From the NCBI RefSeq assembly GCF_000143415.4, contig NW_003314281.1, positions 2,213,405-2,277,404 of the forward strand: a DNA stretch of 64,000 bases, given 5' to 3'. Source of the DNA: Selaginella moellendorffii. Its lineage: Eukaryota; Plantae; Lycopodiophyta. The notes beneath the pieces were generated by a model, which was not told the DNA's origin, searched no databases, and saw only the letters and a list, made by a program, of their open reading frames with translations. Shown piece by piece: positions 11,701-24,120 of the stretch (its first letter is position 1; every line of letters begins with the position of its first letter). Position numbers and translations under genes: made by a program.

Positions 11701-14055
11701 CTTTGAGGAAGTGTTATCTGTAACTGAGTTTTGCTGAAGAATTGGTCTTGGATACTGAGTAAAGTATCTTCGACCTTGGTTAGCTTAGTTGCTAGAGAGC
11801 TTTGAGTGGTGATTCACTCGTGCTTTCTTTTAGCTTTGTTCTGATGTTGATGGCATTGAGGTGATGCCTTGTCATTGATATTATTGACGTTGAGATTTCA
11901 GTGAAATGAGATGTCTATCCGCAAGATTGATGTCGAGTTTCATTAGTCTTAATGAAGATAGTGTTGATGATTTGGCTATGGCTTTGTGTTATTGGCATTC
12001 GTACATTTGCTAGTTCGCAACTATGTTGACGTTCAAATGAACTAAGTGGCAAGTTTGAGTTAGTTGTGTTCTAAACAAGGTTATTTAGTAGGGGTTGAGC
12101 TTCAGCTTTTCCTTGAAAAGTGATTTAGTCATGGACTATGCTAACTCTACAAGCGGAAGAGTTAGTGATTGATATTGGATGTTTGAATCCTTATTGGATT
12201 TGAGTTGAAATATATCAATCATTGATGATTCTTCTTGTGCTTGTTATGATGTGAGTTACGTCTTGCTATAGATGGATTCATGGAGGATCGCTTGATGATC
12301 ACTTGTCAAGCATAGCTTCGTTATGTTTAGCTTTTGGATTGATGCAGACATGCTCTTCATTAGCTTTGCATTATGAAGTTTAGCTTATAGATGTGTTGAG
12401 GAGGATATTGTGGGTTGTACCATGATTTCTTCTTTAGCATTGACGTTAGTCCATGCGAGACTCGTGATCATTATTAGGCAAGACTTGGCTATAGACTTCT
12501 TCGAGCTTTTGGTTCTTTGAGTTTTATGCTCATTGTTCCATTTGTTAGAAGTTGTTGGGGAAGACATTTTGGCTCATTAGTTTCAATGTTGACGTTAGTA
12601 TTTGCATCTAGCAATCATTGGTGATGATTGACTATCATCTAAGATAGTTGATTATCCTTGTCNNNNNNNNNNNNNNNNNNNNNNNNNNNNNNNNNNNNNN
12701 NNNNNNNNNNNNNNNNNNNNNNNNNNNNNNNNNNNNNNNNNNNNNNNNNNNNNNNNNNNNNNNNNNNNNNNNNNNNNNNNTGGTGGTTATTTGTTCTCTT
12801 TGATGGCTTCTGGCTTTTTGCATATCACATGTTCTTTGTGATTTGCTCTAGATTGGTCTCTTGGGTTTGAGACATCAAAAGGATGTTGCTAACACTTGCT
12901 TAGGCAACTTGAGTTCCTTGGTGTTGTTGGCTGGGATCTATTTGGATTGGCTAGTGTGATAGTTGGCATGAATGGGTGTTTGTTGGTCTTACCGCATTCA
13001 TTCTGTTCTGTTGATTATTGCTCGAGTTAGTTCTGATAGGTTGGGATGTTATTTCCTTCGGGTGATACATTCGCGAGCATTGTGCCTGTCAGTCAATGAT
13101 ACTTTGTGTTCTTTGAGTTATCTCTAGTAAGTTGTTGGCTTACTGTCTGCTATCTTTGATAGTTATGTTTTATCATTAAGTGTTCTTGATGATACACTAG
13201 CTATTGAATTTTGTTGGATAGTGAATCCTATGTTTTCCAATTATGATGATCTTGGTGGTTCCTGCACTATACTACTAGTTTATCAGATGATAACTTACTT
13301 GGAATACTTTTGTGTTCTAATCTAAGATATAATCACTGATAATTCAGCTTCTAAGATATCATTGTCTCTGACTTTGATATTGTCCATTTATTGATCTTTG
13401 AGTTTGGGCCAGTAAAGGCAGACTGGCTTCGGCACTTCGTGTGCATGTTGAAATCTCTAGTCATGGGGTAGCTACTGTCGACTGGTCACATAACCCGCCT
13501 CTCTGTCGATGTTCCTTATTCCGTTGAAAGGGCGTGACCGTGTAAACAACTCTAACTGCCTGTTTACAGTAGTCTATCTAAACCTTACCGACGGGTTTGG
13601 TTTCTTTGCTCAGGAGGGTTGGGGCCTCTGGCTTCTCTCTCTATGTCTCTGCGGGCAGGGCATATCACACTTTTGTAAGTTGGGTGACTCCCAGAGCAGC
13701 AAGGGTGGCTGACCCCGTTGGTCATTTCCTTGTCGGTGACGGCCGGAAGGTGTCTGAGCTAGTAGGTATCCGCGTTAGACAAAGAGGTNNNNNNNNNNNN
13801 NNNNNNNNNNNNNNNNNNNNNNNNNNNNNNNNNNNNNNNNNNNNNNNNNNNNNNNNNNNNNNNNNNNNNNNNNNNNNNNNNNNNNNNNNNNNNNNNNNNN
13901 NNNNNNNNNNNNNNNNNNNNNNNNNNNNNNNNNNNNNNNNNNNNNNNNNNNNNNNNNNNNNNNNNNNNNNNNNNNNNNNNNNNNNNNNNNNNNNNNNNNN
14001 NNNNNNNNNNNNNNNNNNNNNNNNNNNNNNNNNNNNNNNNNNNNNNNNNNNNNNN

Positions 14056-15073
14056 GGAGTTAACTGGGCATTTCGAGTGTACTTAGACCGGACGAGCATA
14101 AGGACGGAATTCCTACGTGTTATTAGCTAAGCATACTTAGCCCGGTAAGGAGTTCCCGTCTCATTTTGTCTTGCACTTGCTAGTGACAAGAACCCTCACA
14201 TATTGAGATTAGTCCCTCAATATCGCTACATGATAGCTTACCGTGTCTGCCAAACACCCTCGCTATCATGCCCTTTGTGTTAGTCTCATTTCGGTCCCAA
14301 ATGCTATTTATGGAAAGTGTCCAGATTTGCTCATTTGGCATATCTACGGAATGTAGAGATCGTCCTGAACACAATGGTGTTCGTCCCGTGTCCAAATTCG
14401 CAATCTAGGGACATTCCATATTTAGTAAGTTTCGAGCTTGTCCCAGAGACTAACTCCTAATACTAAGGGAGGCTTGGGGTGAAAGCCCAAAGCGTGTGTT
14501 CCTCAAGGGGGGGGGGCTGTGGGGGGTTCCAAATGTATAGTAGGGATAGTGGGTAGGTCGGGCATGGCCGACCAACCTGAGGCATAGTCTAGCTCCCGCT
14601 TGCGTGCCTGTCCTTGTTCTGCGTCCGGCTTGGGTCTAAGCCCAAGTTCCATTCCATGCTAGTTGGTGGAGTACCCATATCCTCGTGTTAGGCCACCGGT
14701 ATGCCGAAATAGCGCCAGACTCCGTTTGGCTCCGTTTTGTGTGCTGGTCCTGGCATTGGGATGCTGGTTGCTCCAGGACTGTTCCAAGTCGCTCCAGGCT
14801 CCTGTCCCTTCGCTCCTTGGGCTTTATGCTCGGGAGTCGCTCCAGGCTCCTGTCCCGTCACTCCTCGGCTCCATGCTTGGGAGTTTGGCACCGTTCCTTT
14901 GTTCAGTGGCCCAAGGCCTTGAACCTCAGGTTCTTATGGACACGTGGCATGGACACGTGGCATATGACACGTGGCATCCGTCACGTGGCACAAAGAGGGT
15001 TTAGGTTCCGCTTCGTGGTGTTATCCTATGGTAAATGACCATAGGATAAAGGGTCAAAACCACGTGCGCTACA
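14056..15073 (+). repeat. 3' LTR of the nested element (start hidden in the N-gap, expected near 13930)
   Basis: Matches the 5' LTR at an offset of ~6127 and ends in CA followed by the TSD. Confidence 0.88.
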
Positions 15074-15078
15074 TCCGG

Positions 15079-17080
15079 TTTGGGGAAGGTGGGAAAGTAG
15101 CCAGAAAATTTGTGAGTGATGTTCCAATAAAAATATCCAAGTGGAAAGAAAGAGTGGACTTGGTAGTGTTGAAGATACCAGATTTTCAGATGGTGTATGG
15201 TATAGATTTCTTCAACAAATATATTAAAGGGATTTATGGTGCTAGACAAAGTTCTATCATATTGACGTTAGAAGGACATCCCGATGTGTCCTTCTAGTTG
15301 TAGAAGCACTCCTCAAAGGATTGGGATGTTGAGTTCTTGATTGCGAGAGCCGCTCAAAAAGCAACTAAGAAGGGATATCGGACCTTTTGGGTTCAAGTGA
15401 TGGAAGCTGAGGGTGTTAGTGACTTAATTCAAATTGGTGACGGGGTTAATCCTGTACCAAAGAAGATATTGGAGTTGTTGGTGCAGAATTAGATATGTTT
15501 TTGAAGGATTTGCCGCTAGGGCTACCTCTTATCTGTGAGGTTGATTATCGGATTGAGATTATTCAAGGTTCTAAACCATCTATAAAAGCTCTGTATTGTT
15601 TGAACATCAAGGAAATGGCTAAACTTAAGAAACAACTTATGGAGCTTCTTGACAAATGTCATACACTCAACAAGATTACGATCAAAAATAGTTATCCTTT
15701 GCCTCACATTGATGACTTGTTTGACCAACTCTTAAAGGCTAAATATTTTATGCGACTTGATTTACGGTTTGGGTATCATCAGATATGGGTGGTAGATCAA
15801 GGGTGGAGAAGACAACCTTTAAGACTTAGTATGGATCTTGTTATGCCGTTTGGGTTATGCAATACTTTGGCAACATTCAGCACTATGATGGATAGAATAT
15901 TTAGAGATTTTTTGGACACATTTGTTATTCTATATATCAACAATGTTCTAGTCTTCAGTGAAACATTGGAGGATCATTTGAAACACTTAGAGCCGGTGTT
16001 TCAGAAGTTGCACGAACACAAACTATATGCTAAGGAAAGTAAATGTGCTTTTGAACAATTGCACATAAACTTTCTTGGACATATAGTTGATGGTGGCGTA
16101 ATTGAGGTAGATCCAAAGAAGGTGGAAGTGTTGAAGTCCTGGGAAGTCCCAACTATTGTATTAGATGTTCATTCCTTTCTCAGTTTAGTGGGATACTATC
16201 GCAAGTTTATCTTCAATTTTGCAAGAATTTCTCTTCCATTGACTGAGTTAATGAAGAGTAATATTCTGTTTTATTGGACACCAGCTTATCAACGTGCTTT
16301 TGTATGGTTGAAGGAGATCTTGACTATAGTTCCTGTTCTCAGGATTCCAGATTTTGATAAACCCTTCAAAGTGCATTGTGATGCATTTGGCTATGCTATT
16401 GGTGCCATGATGTAGCAAGATTATGACAAAGTGGTTGGTGTTACACTAAGGTGACATGGTTGTCCCATTGCGTTCTATTCCAAGAAATTGAATGAACGAA
16501 GATAGCCAACATATGAGAAAGAGATGTTTGCTATAGTGTTGGCATTGGAACACTAGAGACACTATTTAGGTGGACATACCAAGGTTTACATGGATACTAA
16601 CACACTGAGCTACTTTGCTACATAGCCAAAGCTTACGCTGAAGCAAGCTCATTGGCAAGAGAAGCTTGTTGCACACTTCATTCCAATTGTGGGAAAAGTG
16701 AATGTGAAACAAGCAGCAAAGCTCTTTTTCTATGAAGTAATGCGGGTTCGTGGTCTTCTTAAAGAGATGATCTCAAATAGAAATTTGAGGTTTATAGAGA
16801 AGTTTTGGGGCACACTATTCCAGTTATTTGGTACCAAGTTGAAGTTTAGTATAGCTTATCATTCTCTAACTAATGGGCAGACCAAACGTGTGAATGCTCA
16901 AGTTGAGGATTATCTATGGTACTATATCACAACGGACTAGTGCGACTAGGTTGAGCAGTTGGACACAGCAGAAATCTGTTATAACAACACTTTTCACAGC
17001 ACTATTAGCTATTCTCCATGGGAGATGCTGCAAGGGAATGCCCATGGAGTGCCTCAACAGATTGATGTACTGAAACCAAT
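15079..17080 (+). mobile_element. Decayed Ty3/Gypsy pol: protease C-terminus, reverse transcriptase, RNase H and partial integrase
   Basis: YPLPHIDDLFDQL, LDLRFGYHQI, VMPFGLCN, YINN (decayed YIDD), FLGHIV, GYYRKFI, FKVHCDAFGYAIGA; integrase AYHSLTNGQTKRVN; RT-RH-INT order; stops and deletions present. Confidence 0.92.
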
Positions 17081-18712
17081 TGTAGCGCACGTGGTCTTTA
17101 CCCTTTATCCTTTGATGATTTACCATAGAATAACAACAAAGTGGAACCTAAACCCTCCATGTGCCACATGTCCCATGCCACGTATCCAAAAGACAATGGT
17201 GTGGAACCTGAGTTTTAGGGCCTTGGGCCACTGAATGAAGAAACAATGCCAAACTCCCAAGCATGAAGCCAAGGAGTAATGGCACTAGAACACATAACAA
17301 CTCCCGAGTGTATAGCCCAAGGAGCAAAGGGACAGGGGCACGGAGCGACTTGGAACAATCCTAGAGTATCCAACATCCCAATGTTAAGACCAGCACGCAA
17401 AACGGAACTAAACGGAGTTTGGCACTATTTTAGAATACTGGTGGCCTAATGTGAGGATAGCATAATGTGGAGCTTGGGCTTAGACCCAATCTGGACGCAG
17501 AACAAGGATAGGCACACAAGTGGAAGCTAGACTATACCTCAAGTTGGTCAGCCATGCCCAACCTACCCACTATCCCTACTATACATTTGGAACCCCCCAC
17601 AACCCCTCCCTCCCCATGAAACACATGCTTTGGGTTTTCACCCCAAGCCTCCCTTAGTATTAGGAGTTAGTCTCTGGGACAAGTTTGAAACTTACTAAAT
17701 ATGGAATGGCACTAGATTGCGAATTTGGACACGAGATGAACACCATTGTGTTCAAGACAATCTCTACATTCCATAGATATGCTAAATGAGCAAATCTGGA
17801 CACTTTCTATAAATAGCATTTAGGACCGAAATGAGACTAACACAAAGGGCATGATAGCGAGGGTGTTTAGTAGACACAGTAAGCTATCATCTAGCGATAT
17901 TGAAGGGCTAATCTCAATACACGAGGGTTCTTGTTAAGCCAATGCAAGACAAAGCAAAAAAGAACTAAAAGCCAAGCCAAGTATGCTCAGCTAGAAACAC
18001 ATAGGAGTTCCTACCTTATGTTCTGGCTAAGTACAGGTGCTAATCCCAGTAAACTAACACTTGAACAAGAGGTGCTGATAAAGGGAATTAGCAATACCAA
18101 CCTCCTGCCATCGTGGTAGTAAGAAAAAAATATCCGAAAGGACTAGCCGATAGGTAACTTTTAATTTCTGAAGTCACATTTGCGACACTTTCCCCCCCTT
18201 GACGGAAGATCGATGTCCTTATCGATGCATACTCAAATCTAGAATACCGCTAAGGAAATAACTCCAGAAAAAGTTCATCGTATTCACACTATGTGAGAAA
18301 TGCACCAACTTAAATGAGCTAGGAAGCAACCTCTATATCTAATGCAGATGCGCTACCAACTCAAACACCTTCCGGCCGACGCCGTCAAGGAAATGACCAA
18401 CGGAGTCAGCCACCCTTGCTGCTCTAGGTGTCACCCAGCTTACAAAAGTGTGATACGCCCCTACCCACATGGATATAGAGAGAGAAGCTAGAGGAACCCT
18501 CCTGAGCAAAGAAACCAAACCTGTCGATAAGGTTTAGATAGACTACTGTAAACAGGCAGTTAGAGTTGTTTACACGGTCACACTCTGTTAATGGAATAAG
18601 GAACATCGATAAAGAGGCAGGTGATATAACCAGTCGGCAGTAACTACCCCATGACTATAGATTTCACCATGCATACAAAGTGCCGAAGCCAATCTGCCTA
18701 TACTGGCCCAAA
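17081..18712 (-). mobile_element. Older truncated copy of the nested LTR family: 3' LTR (17081-18187), PPT (18188-18200) and 3' internal segment
   Basis: Reverse complement of the LTR (TGTAGCGCACGTG...CACATTTGCGACA); CTTTCCCCCCCTT is a polypurine tract on the minus strand; 18330-18712 matches the reverse complement of ~13400-13788. Confidence 0.85.
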
Positions 18713-19009
18713 CTAGGGCTGGGTAGTTTTTGAGCTGAGCTCAAGTCAATGAAAGTCAATGAAAGTCAATATAATCCACCAAATACAAAAGTTGATGTTT
18801 AAATGATTGGTTCGGGATGAACCAACAATTCTATTGAAACCTTAAGACATGTTTTCAGTCCAAGAAAATGCTAAATAATATAAGTCTAATAAATAAATAA
18901 ATATCATAAGTCAAAGAAGAAGCTCAATATTACCACTAAAAAATTTGACTAAAAAAAAAACTATACTTAGTCTTCCTCAGCATCCACATCCACAAAAGGA
19001 GGAGTTCAT

Positions 19010-21100
19010 ATAGTGAGAGTGTAAATCCCAGCTCCCTCATGCCCACATCAACAGTATAATCAAAGCATTTTGCCACTTTATGAAAGAGAATTTTCTGTTA
19101 GCTACACACATCAGAATTTTTGTAGCCATTGCCAATGCTTAGTGGTAGCAGGGCCTTGGTTTAATGTATTTTTAATACCTCTTAGAACAACATGTATAAC
19201 TTATAGCAGAGAGAAATCAGTCTACTCCAATTTCAATATTGGATCATTTGTGCTACCTAGGGAGGGGGAATAGTCAAACTCACCCTAATTCCACCACATA
19301 CGAGGTGAGCTCCTCCAATAATGTAGAAGCACAAAGTCAGTGAGAGTATTAGAGTTTTAGACAAAGATCTAAGGACCCAATGAGCTCTTTAATCCGATGC
19401 ACATGCAAATCCCACCCACAAATCTCCTCACACTAGAATTTTAAGAAATCCTGTTCATTGGAAACTTTTTTCAACCAAGAAAAGGTGGCACCTTGTTCTT
19501 AACCCGCAAAATACATTTGGGTTTGTAGCTGTCTTCCACCTGCTTCAATCTAACAACGTCTCTACCAACACTGAGGCCAAGAGGCGATGTGCTATGCCAA
19601 TTCCATTGCATTGCACTACAACCAAGTGAAAATCTAGCTAGCTGTGAGAGAAACAAACAATGATTACTTCACAAAATTCCTTGGGGATGTCCTATTGCTA
19701 GTAGCCAAACATGAGGTATAACAAAGCCTTCCAAAACACTGTAAAAAAAACTGAATGCAATTTTCCAGGAGCTCATACTTCTCAGCTAATGCTCCCACAT
19801 TCATTGTTAACAAGTGAATCTTATCCTTGTTTGATCTCTAGGGCCAATCCCAACTGTGCTTAACAACATCTAAACCTTTGATGTAGACCCAATAGCACCT
19901 TCTTAAAGCTTCTCCACCATCTCTCCCTTAGCTAAAATAGAAAATTCCTATACCTACTGCTTTGTGGGAATCTCTAAACCTATCCTAGATTCCTTTTGTT
20001 TCAACATCCTCTCAATGTTTACTTTCCATACCCTTATCTTTACCACTTGCTCAATAAGTGATTCCATCCTACACTTGCTCCTTGGTTGTCTTCTCAAGCT
20101 CAAGCAATGCCTCTGCATCCTCTGAGATGTCCTCATCCTTGTCTTTTAGCTTGCTAATGGTGTCCTCTGAGTCATCACTCCAGCTCCTCCCTAGTGAACT
20201 CCTCAAATTTCTACTTAGACTCCTCTTCTCCTATTGCTTCCTTCCATAAGATCTTAATTTCCTAGTGCAAAGTCTTTTCCTGCAACTTTTTCCTCAAGGA
20301 TCCAGTTGACACGATTGCCTCAATCAGCTTCCCTATTGTCCAAAGCTGCCACACCATAAGCTCCTATAATATAGAGCTCTCCTCCACAATTTAATTGTTT
20401 TTTTGAATCTTTATTAGTGTGTTCTCATATTGGGTGTTGAATTCCACAATTTGCTATTAAAATTCTACCTTTTGTTGTCCCTATGCCTTTGTATGATATG
20501 GTAAGCAATTTCAACTTGTTGTGATGCACTTTTTTTATTAGCCATTTGAAGTGGCTTTATCTGAGGGCAATGTCTTAGAGTAGAATGATACTCAACATTA
20601 GGCATGTGAGAGTTTTTTACTCCAATATCTATGCCAACATCTTCACTAACAAAGGAAAAACGATGTTTTGAGTGAACTGTCTTCATATCACTAATAGAAG
20701 CTCGAGAATGTACTCCATAGATATGCCGTGGAGCACTTCCTCAATTGCAATTACCATTATTCAGGCAGGTGAAGTCAATTTTCTCTTCATCCTATCATGT
20801 AACATCTCAATAGAAAGCCTTGTTCCCATATAACCACTTGAGGACCTCGCATACACCCCCAACTATGAATCTCTCTGAAAGTAAGCACTAGAGTTGGCAT
20901 TTCTCTTAAACAAGGAAAGGGAAGATGAGTCTATATGAAGTCTGTCAGATTTAATATGCACTATAGAGCTATCTTCAAAAGTTTTCGCATTTGAGGAGAT
21001 ATTAAAAAGCAATAATATGAGAAGAAAAATACCAACCAACCTAAAGAGAGTGATGTCCCCATTGGAACATCCTAACTTTTCCCACCCTAACCATGACTCA
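19010..21100 (-). mobile_element. 3' part of a degenerate MULE-like transposase gene
   Basis: Diverged homolog of 31634-34030 (same short ORFs), lacking the ~32390-32715 segment; LESWLGW motif at the right edge. Confidence 0.7.
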
Positions 21101-23592
21101 AGTCGACGTATAGAGTGTTGGCTGGTTTCTTCGACATCTACAACCAAATTACAAATAAGCAAGATCATTGGAAATCAAGTTCTTACTCTCTTGAACATCC
21201 GCACTATGGAGTTACTTTCGTACATTTTGAGCAATTGGGGCTAGATAAGCAGCGGCAGTAGGATCTGGGGAATGAGCAACTGCTGTAGGATGAGATGGGG
21301 CAGGAGAGTTTTCAGCCGGGTTTTCCACTTGTTCGTCTTCGGTCTGCTCAATATGAATATCGTCCTTGTCCTAAAGCATCTCCACTCCCTCCAAAAGTGC
21401 CTCTACAATAAAGTAGAAACATAAGTTACTACTAAGAAATTTTACTCATCAAACCTAAATGACACTCAAGGTACAAATCAAGCTCAAAAGGTGACGATGG
21501 CATTTGTCTCCACAACTCCAAGTGCCATGGACAAAGTTCTCGCTCCCACGCAGTGGGACAATGGAACTCTGGCTCATACATGCCAAGTTTCTTCCCACTA
21601 GTTAAGAGCTTGAGAAAAACACTTGTGGTGTACACTGAAGCACCTGGGCAATGATTTAAATACCTAAAAAAGAGCCATGATTAAATAAACAAGTCAATTA
21701 CTTGCAATATACCTCTATGCTATGCGGCACGAGAAAAATGGTTGGCACGGCTGGTTCTTGAAATCCATAGAGCTTGAGCTGCCATCAGGAAGCCATGCAT
21801 CCCCAAGCTCTTGAAGGGAGTCTGGAAGTGTTATGCCGGTGCGGGCACTAGTAAGGAACTTCGTATCCCATACTTGAAGTAGCTCCTCAGCAGCCACAAT
21901 ACTCTAAGTGATATAGAGTTTCTCCTTCATCACATTCTCAAGTTTGCTCTCCAACCTCTTATCATTGTTACGATGCCCAGTGTTAAAGAGCTCCAAGCAA
22001 GAGGTTTGTTCATTGAAGGAGAGTTTGCTTTTTGCGATGTTATAGATCAATTCTTCAGATGCTTTACCATTTCCTGCAAGGACAAGGATTTCAAAGTGGA
22101 ATGAGAAAGATAAAAAGGACTAACTTACTGCCACAAGAGCATATCTCTGCAATGCAATCCAACCAATCTTTATCGCAGCAAATGTCTGCAATCACAAGTA
22201 GCTTTTTCACCTTTGATTTCTTCGAGTTCAAAATGCACTGCTCAATTTGTTGCAGTTCAAGGTTCTTTTGCACCTCATCTATCACTTGCGTAATCTTCAA
22301 ATATGAGTTTTGCTTCACCTTGACAATTTGCTAAAAGGAAAATTTGTGAGTAGAAAACACAAGTTCATGCAAGAAAAAGATACCTTTGCCCAGACCGCAA
22401 CCAAAAAATCCATAGGCACCTGATACCAAGTAAGCAACTCTTGGCCTTTATGTGCTACAAGCTTTGCTTGAACTGCTTTCATAACCTCATGATTATATAG
22501 CATCTGGATTTCCTCAAGAGAAAGCATGCCAACATATTGAAGGTGCTCGATATCATGGACCAAGGTATGTGCTTGGAAAGAAAATTGATTAAGCCTATAA
22601 CATAGTTGGTGAGAACAAAGGTTACTAGTAAAAGATTCTTACATGTTGATCTTGTGACATCCCAAGTTGAGCCTCACAGCTTGGTTTCGATCCTATGGCT
22701 CCATAAGTGTCACTGGAACACAAATATATCACTCATCATCATCCTAGAACTTCTCTTGGATACACCTCCAAAACGCAAGCCACCGGTGATTTCCATCAAT
22801 AATGAAGAACATCTGGCCTACAAAGGCTTGTGTCTCCTTGTGGGACACCATCAAAGTATCAAACTCTTGAGATTTCCTCTGCCATATTTGATCCCAAGTC
22901 TGCTTGATCTCGTGAGTAACCATGTCTATGTGATTTGTTCCGGGAAATGATGACAACACAATAAATGATCCAGCAATGTGCCTGAATCCAACCTCTATGA
23001 AAGAGGTATAAATAGCCATGTTGAGGTCATAGGCTGAGCGCACCCAGTGACTTTGTTTAAAATGACAAAGTGGAATCTCAAGATGTTGGGATCCTTTCCA
23101 AGCCATTTCACCTAACACCCTGCTAATAATTCGTTCTTGAGCTTGGACAATAGTCTCGCGTACTCACTCATTCAAGATTGTGTCGGCCTCTAGCATAGTT
23201 ACCACCTCATTTCTGTGACCTTCAGGAGTAGCAGCATGTCTGCCATTTCCACCATCAAGATCTGCCCCACCACGTATAGCACCAAGTGCCGCATTTCTGC
23301 CACTAAATTCCGCACCACCACCTATGGCACTACCACCAGCAGCTTCTCCTGTGCTATAGCTAGCTTCTGCATTTCCACACTCTCTAGAACCATTTGGCTC
23401 CTACATGCTAACACCTGGATCAAGATCAACCATTACTTGGATCTGAACACCACTGCTCCCACCATGGTCTTCCTCCGAAATAGTGCTTTGAACTTGTGAG
23501 GTGTCCCTAGTGAATCTAGCACAATGATCTAGTCGCTTTTGTGGAGAACAGGTCCATTAAGGTTGACCGGCACACTTCTTTTGTTGTGGCAT
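21100..23592 (-). pseudogene. Intron-containing transposon-associated gene with a ParB/Srx-like motif (copy B), disrupted
   Basis: Inverted homolog of 3860-6425; MFFIIDGNHRWLAFWRCIQEKF (motif at 22783-22797); homology extends to 24240 (equivalent to ~3361). Confidence 0.6.
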
Positions 23593-23639
23593 GATTTATA
23601 TATCTGCATGAAATGACAAATAAACTTGAGTAAACATTA

Positions 23640-24120
23640 AAAAAACCGCAAAGCAGTTCCCTTGGCACTAGGAAGATCAGTTCGTCGCTGAACCAATCTT
23701 CTCAGCGCCAAGGGAACAAAAAAAAGAAGAAAAGAAGCAGTTCCCTTGGTGCTGGGAAGATCAGTTTGTCGCCGAACTGATCTTCTCAGTGCAAAGGGAA
23801 CCAAAAAAAAAAGAAAAGAAGCAATTCCCTTGCTGCTGGGAAGATTGGTTCGTTGCCAAACCAATCTTCTCAGCACCAAGGGAACAAAAAGAAGAAGAAA
23901 AGAAGAAGTTCCCTTGGTGCTGGGAAGATTGGTTTGTCGCTGAACCAATCTTCTCAGCGCCAGTGGAACGACAAGAGACAAAAAAAAACCCAAAATTTAA
24001 TGTGCTAGGAAGATCGGTTTGTCACCGAACCGATCTTCTCAATGCTAATGGAACGATAAGAAAAAAAAAACCCAGAATCTAATGTGCTGGGAAGATTGGT
24101 TCGCTGCCAAACTGATCATT
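23640..24120. repeat. Array of ~6 hairpin-forming ~84-bp units
   Basis: GAAGATYRGTT-8 nt-AACYRATCTTC cores at about 23672, 23757, 23841, 23925, 24010 and 24092, separated by A-tracts. Confidence 0.85.

Larger units (their letters stand above)
7801..15073 (+). mobile_element. Nested LTR retrotransposon (~7.3 kb), apparently non-autonomous, with a heavily decayed internal region
   Basis: Starts TGTCGCGCATGTG and ends CACGTGCGCTACA (inverted termini); 5-bp TSD TCCGG at 7796-7800 and 15074-15078; direct repeats 7929-8710 vs 14056-14838; it splits the protease of the outer Gypsy. Confidence 0.9.

Noticed and set aside
8609-14130. ORFs spanning N-runs (also 62187-62796)
   Set aside because: Artefacts of translating assembly gaps.
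18713-18780. Possible terminal inverted repeat of the MULE-like element (TAGGGCTGGGTAG...)
   Set aside because: Only weak similarity near 27830-27845 and no matching TSD; cannot be supported from this window.
23640-24120. Apparent compensatory base changes in the hairpin stems (GATCAGTT/AACTGATC, GATTGGTT/AACCAATC)
   Set aside because: All variants are CpG-deamination products of GATCGGTT/AACCGATC, and two units are mismatched, so this is not evidence of selection on structure.
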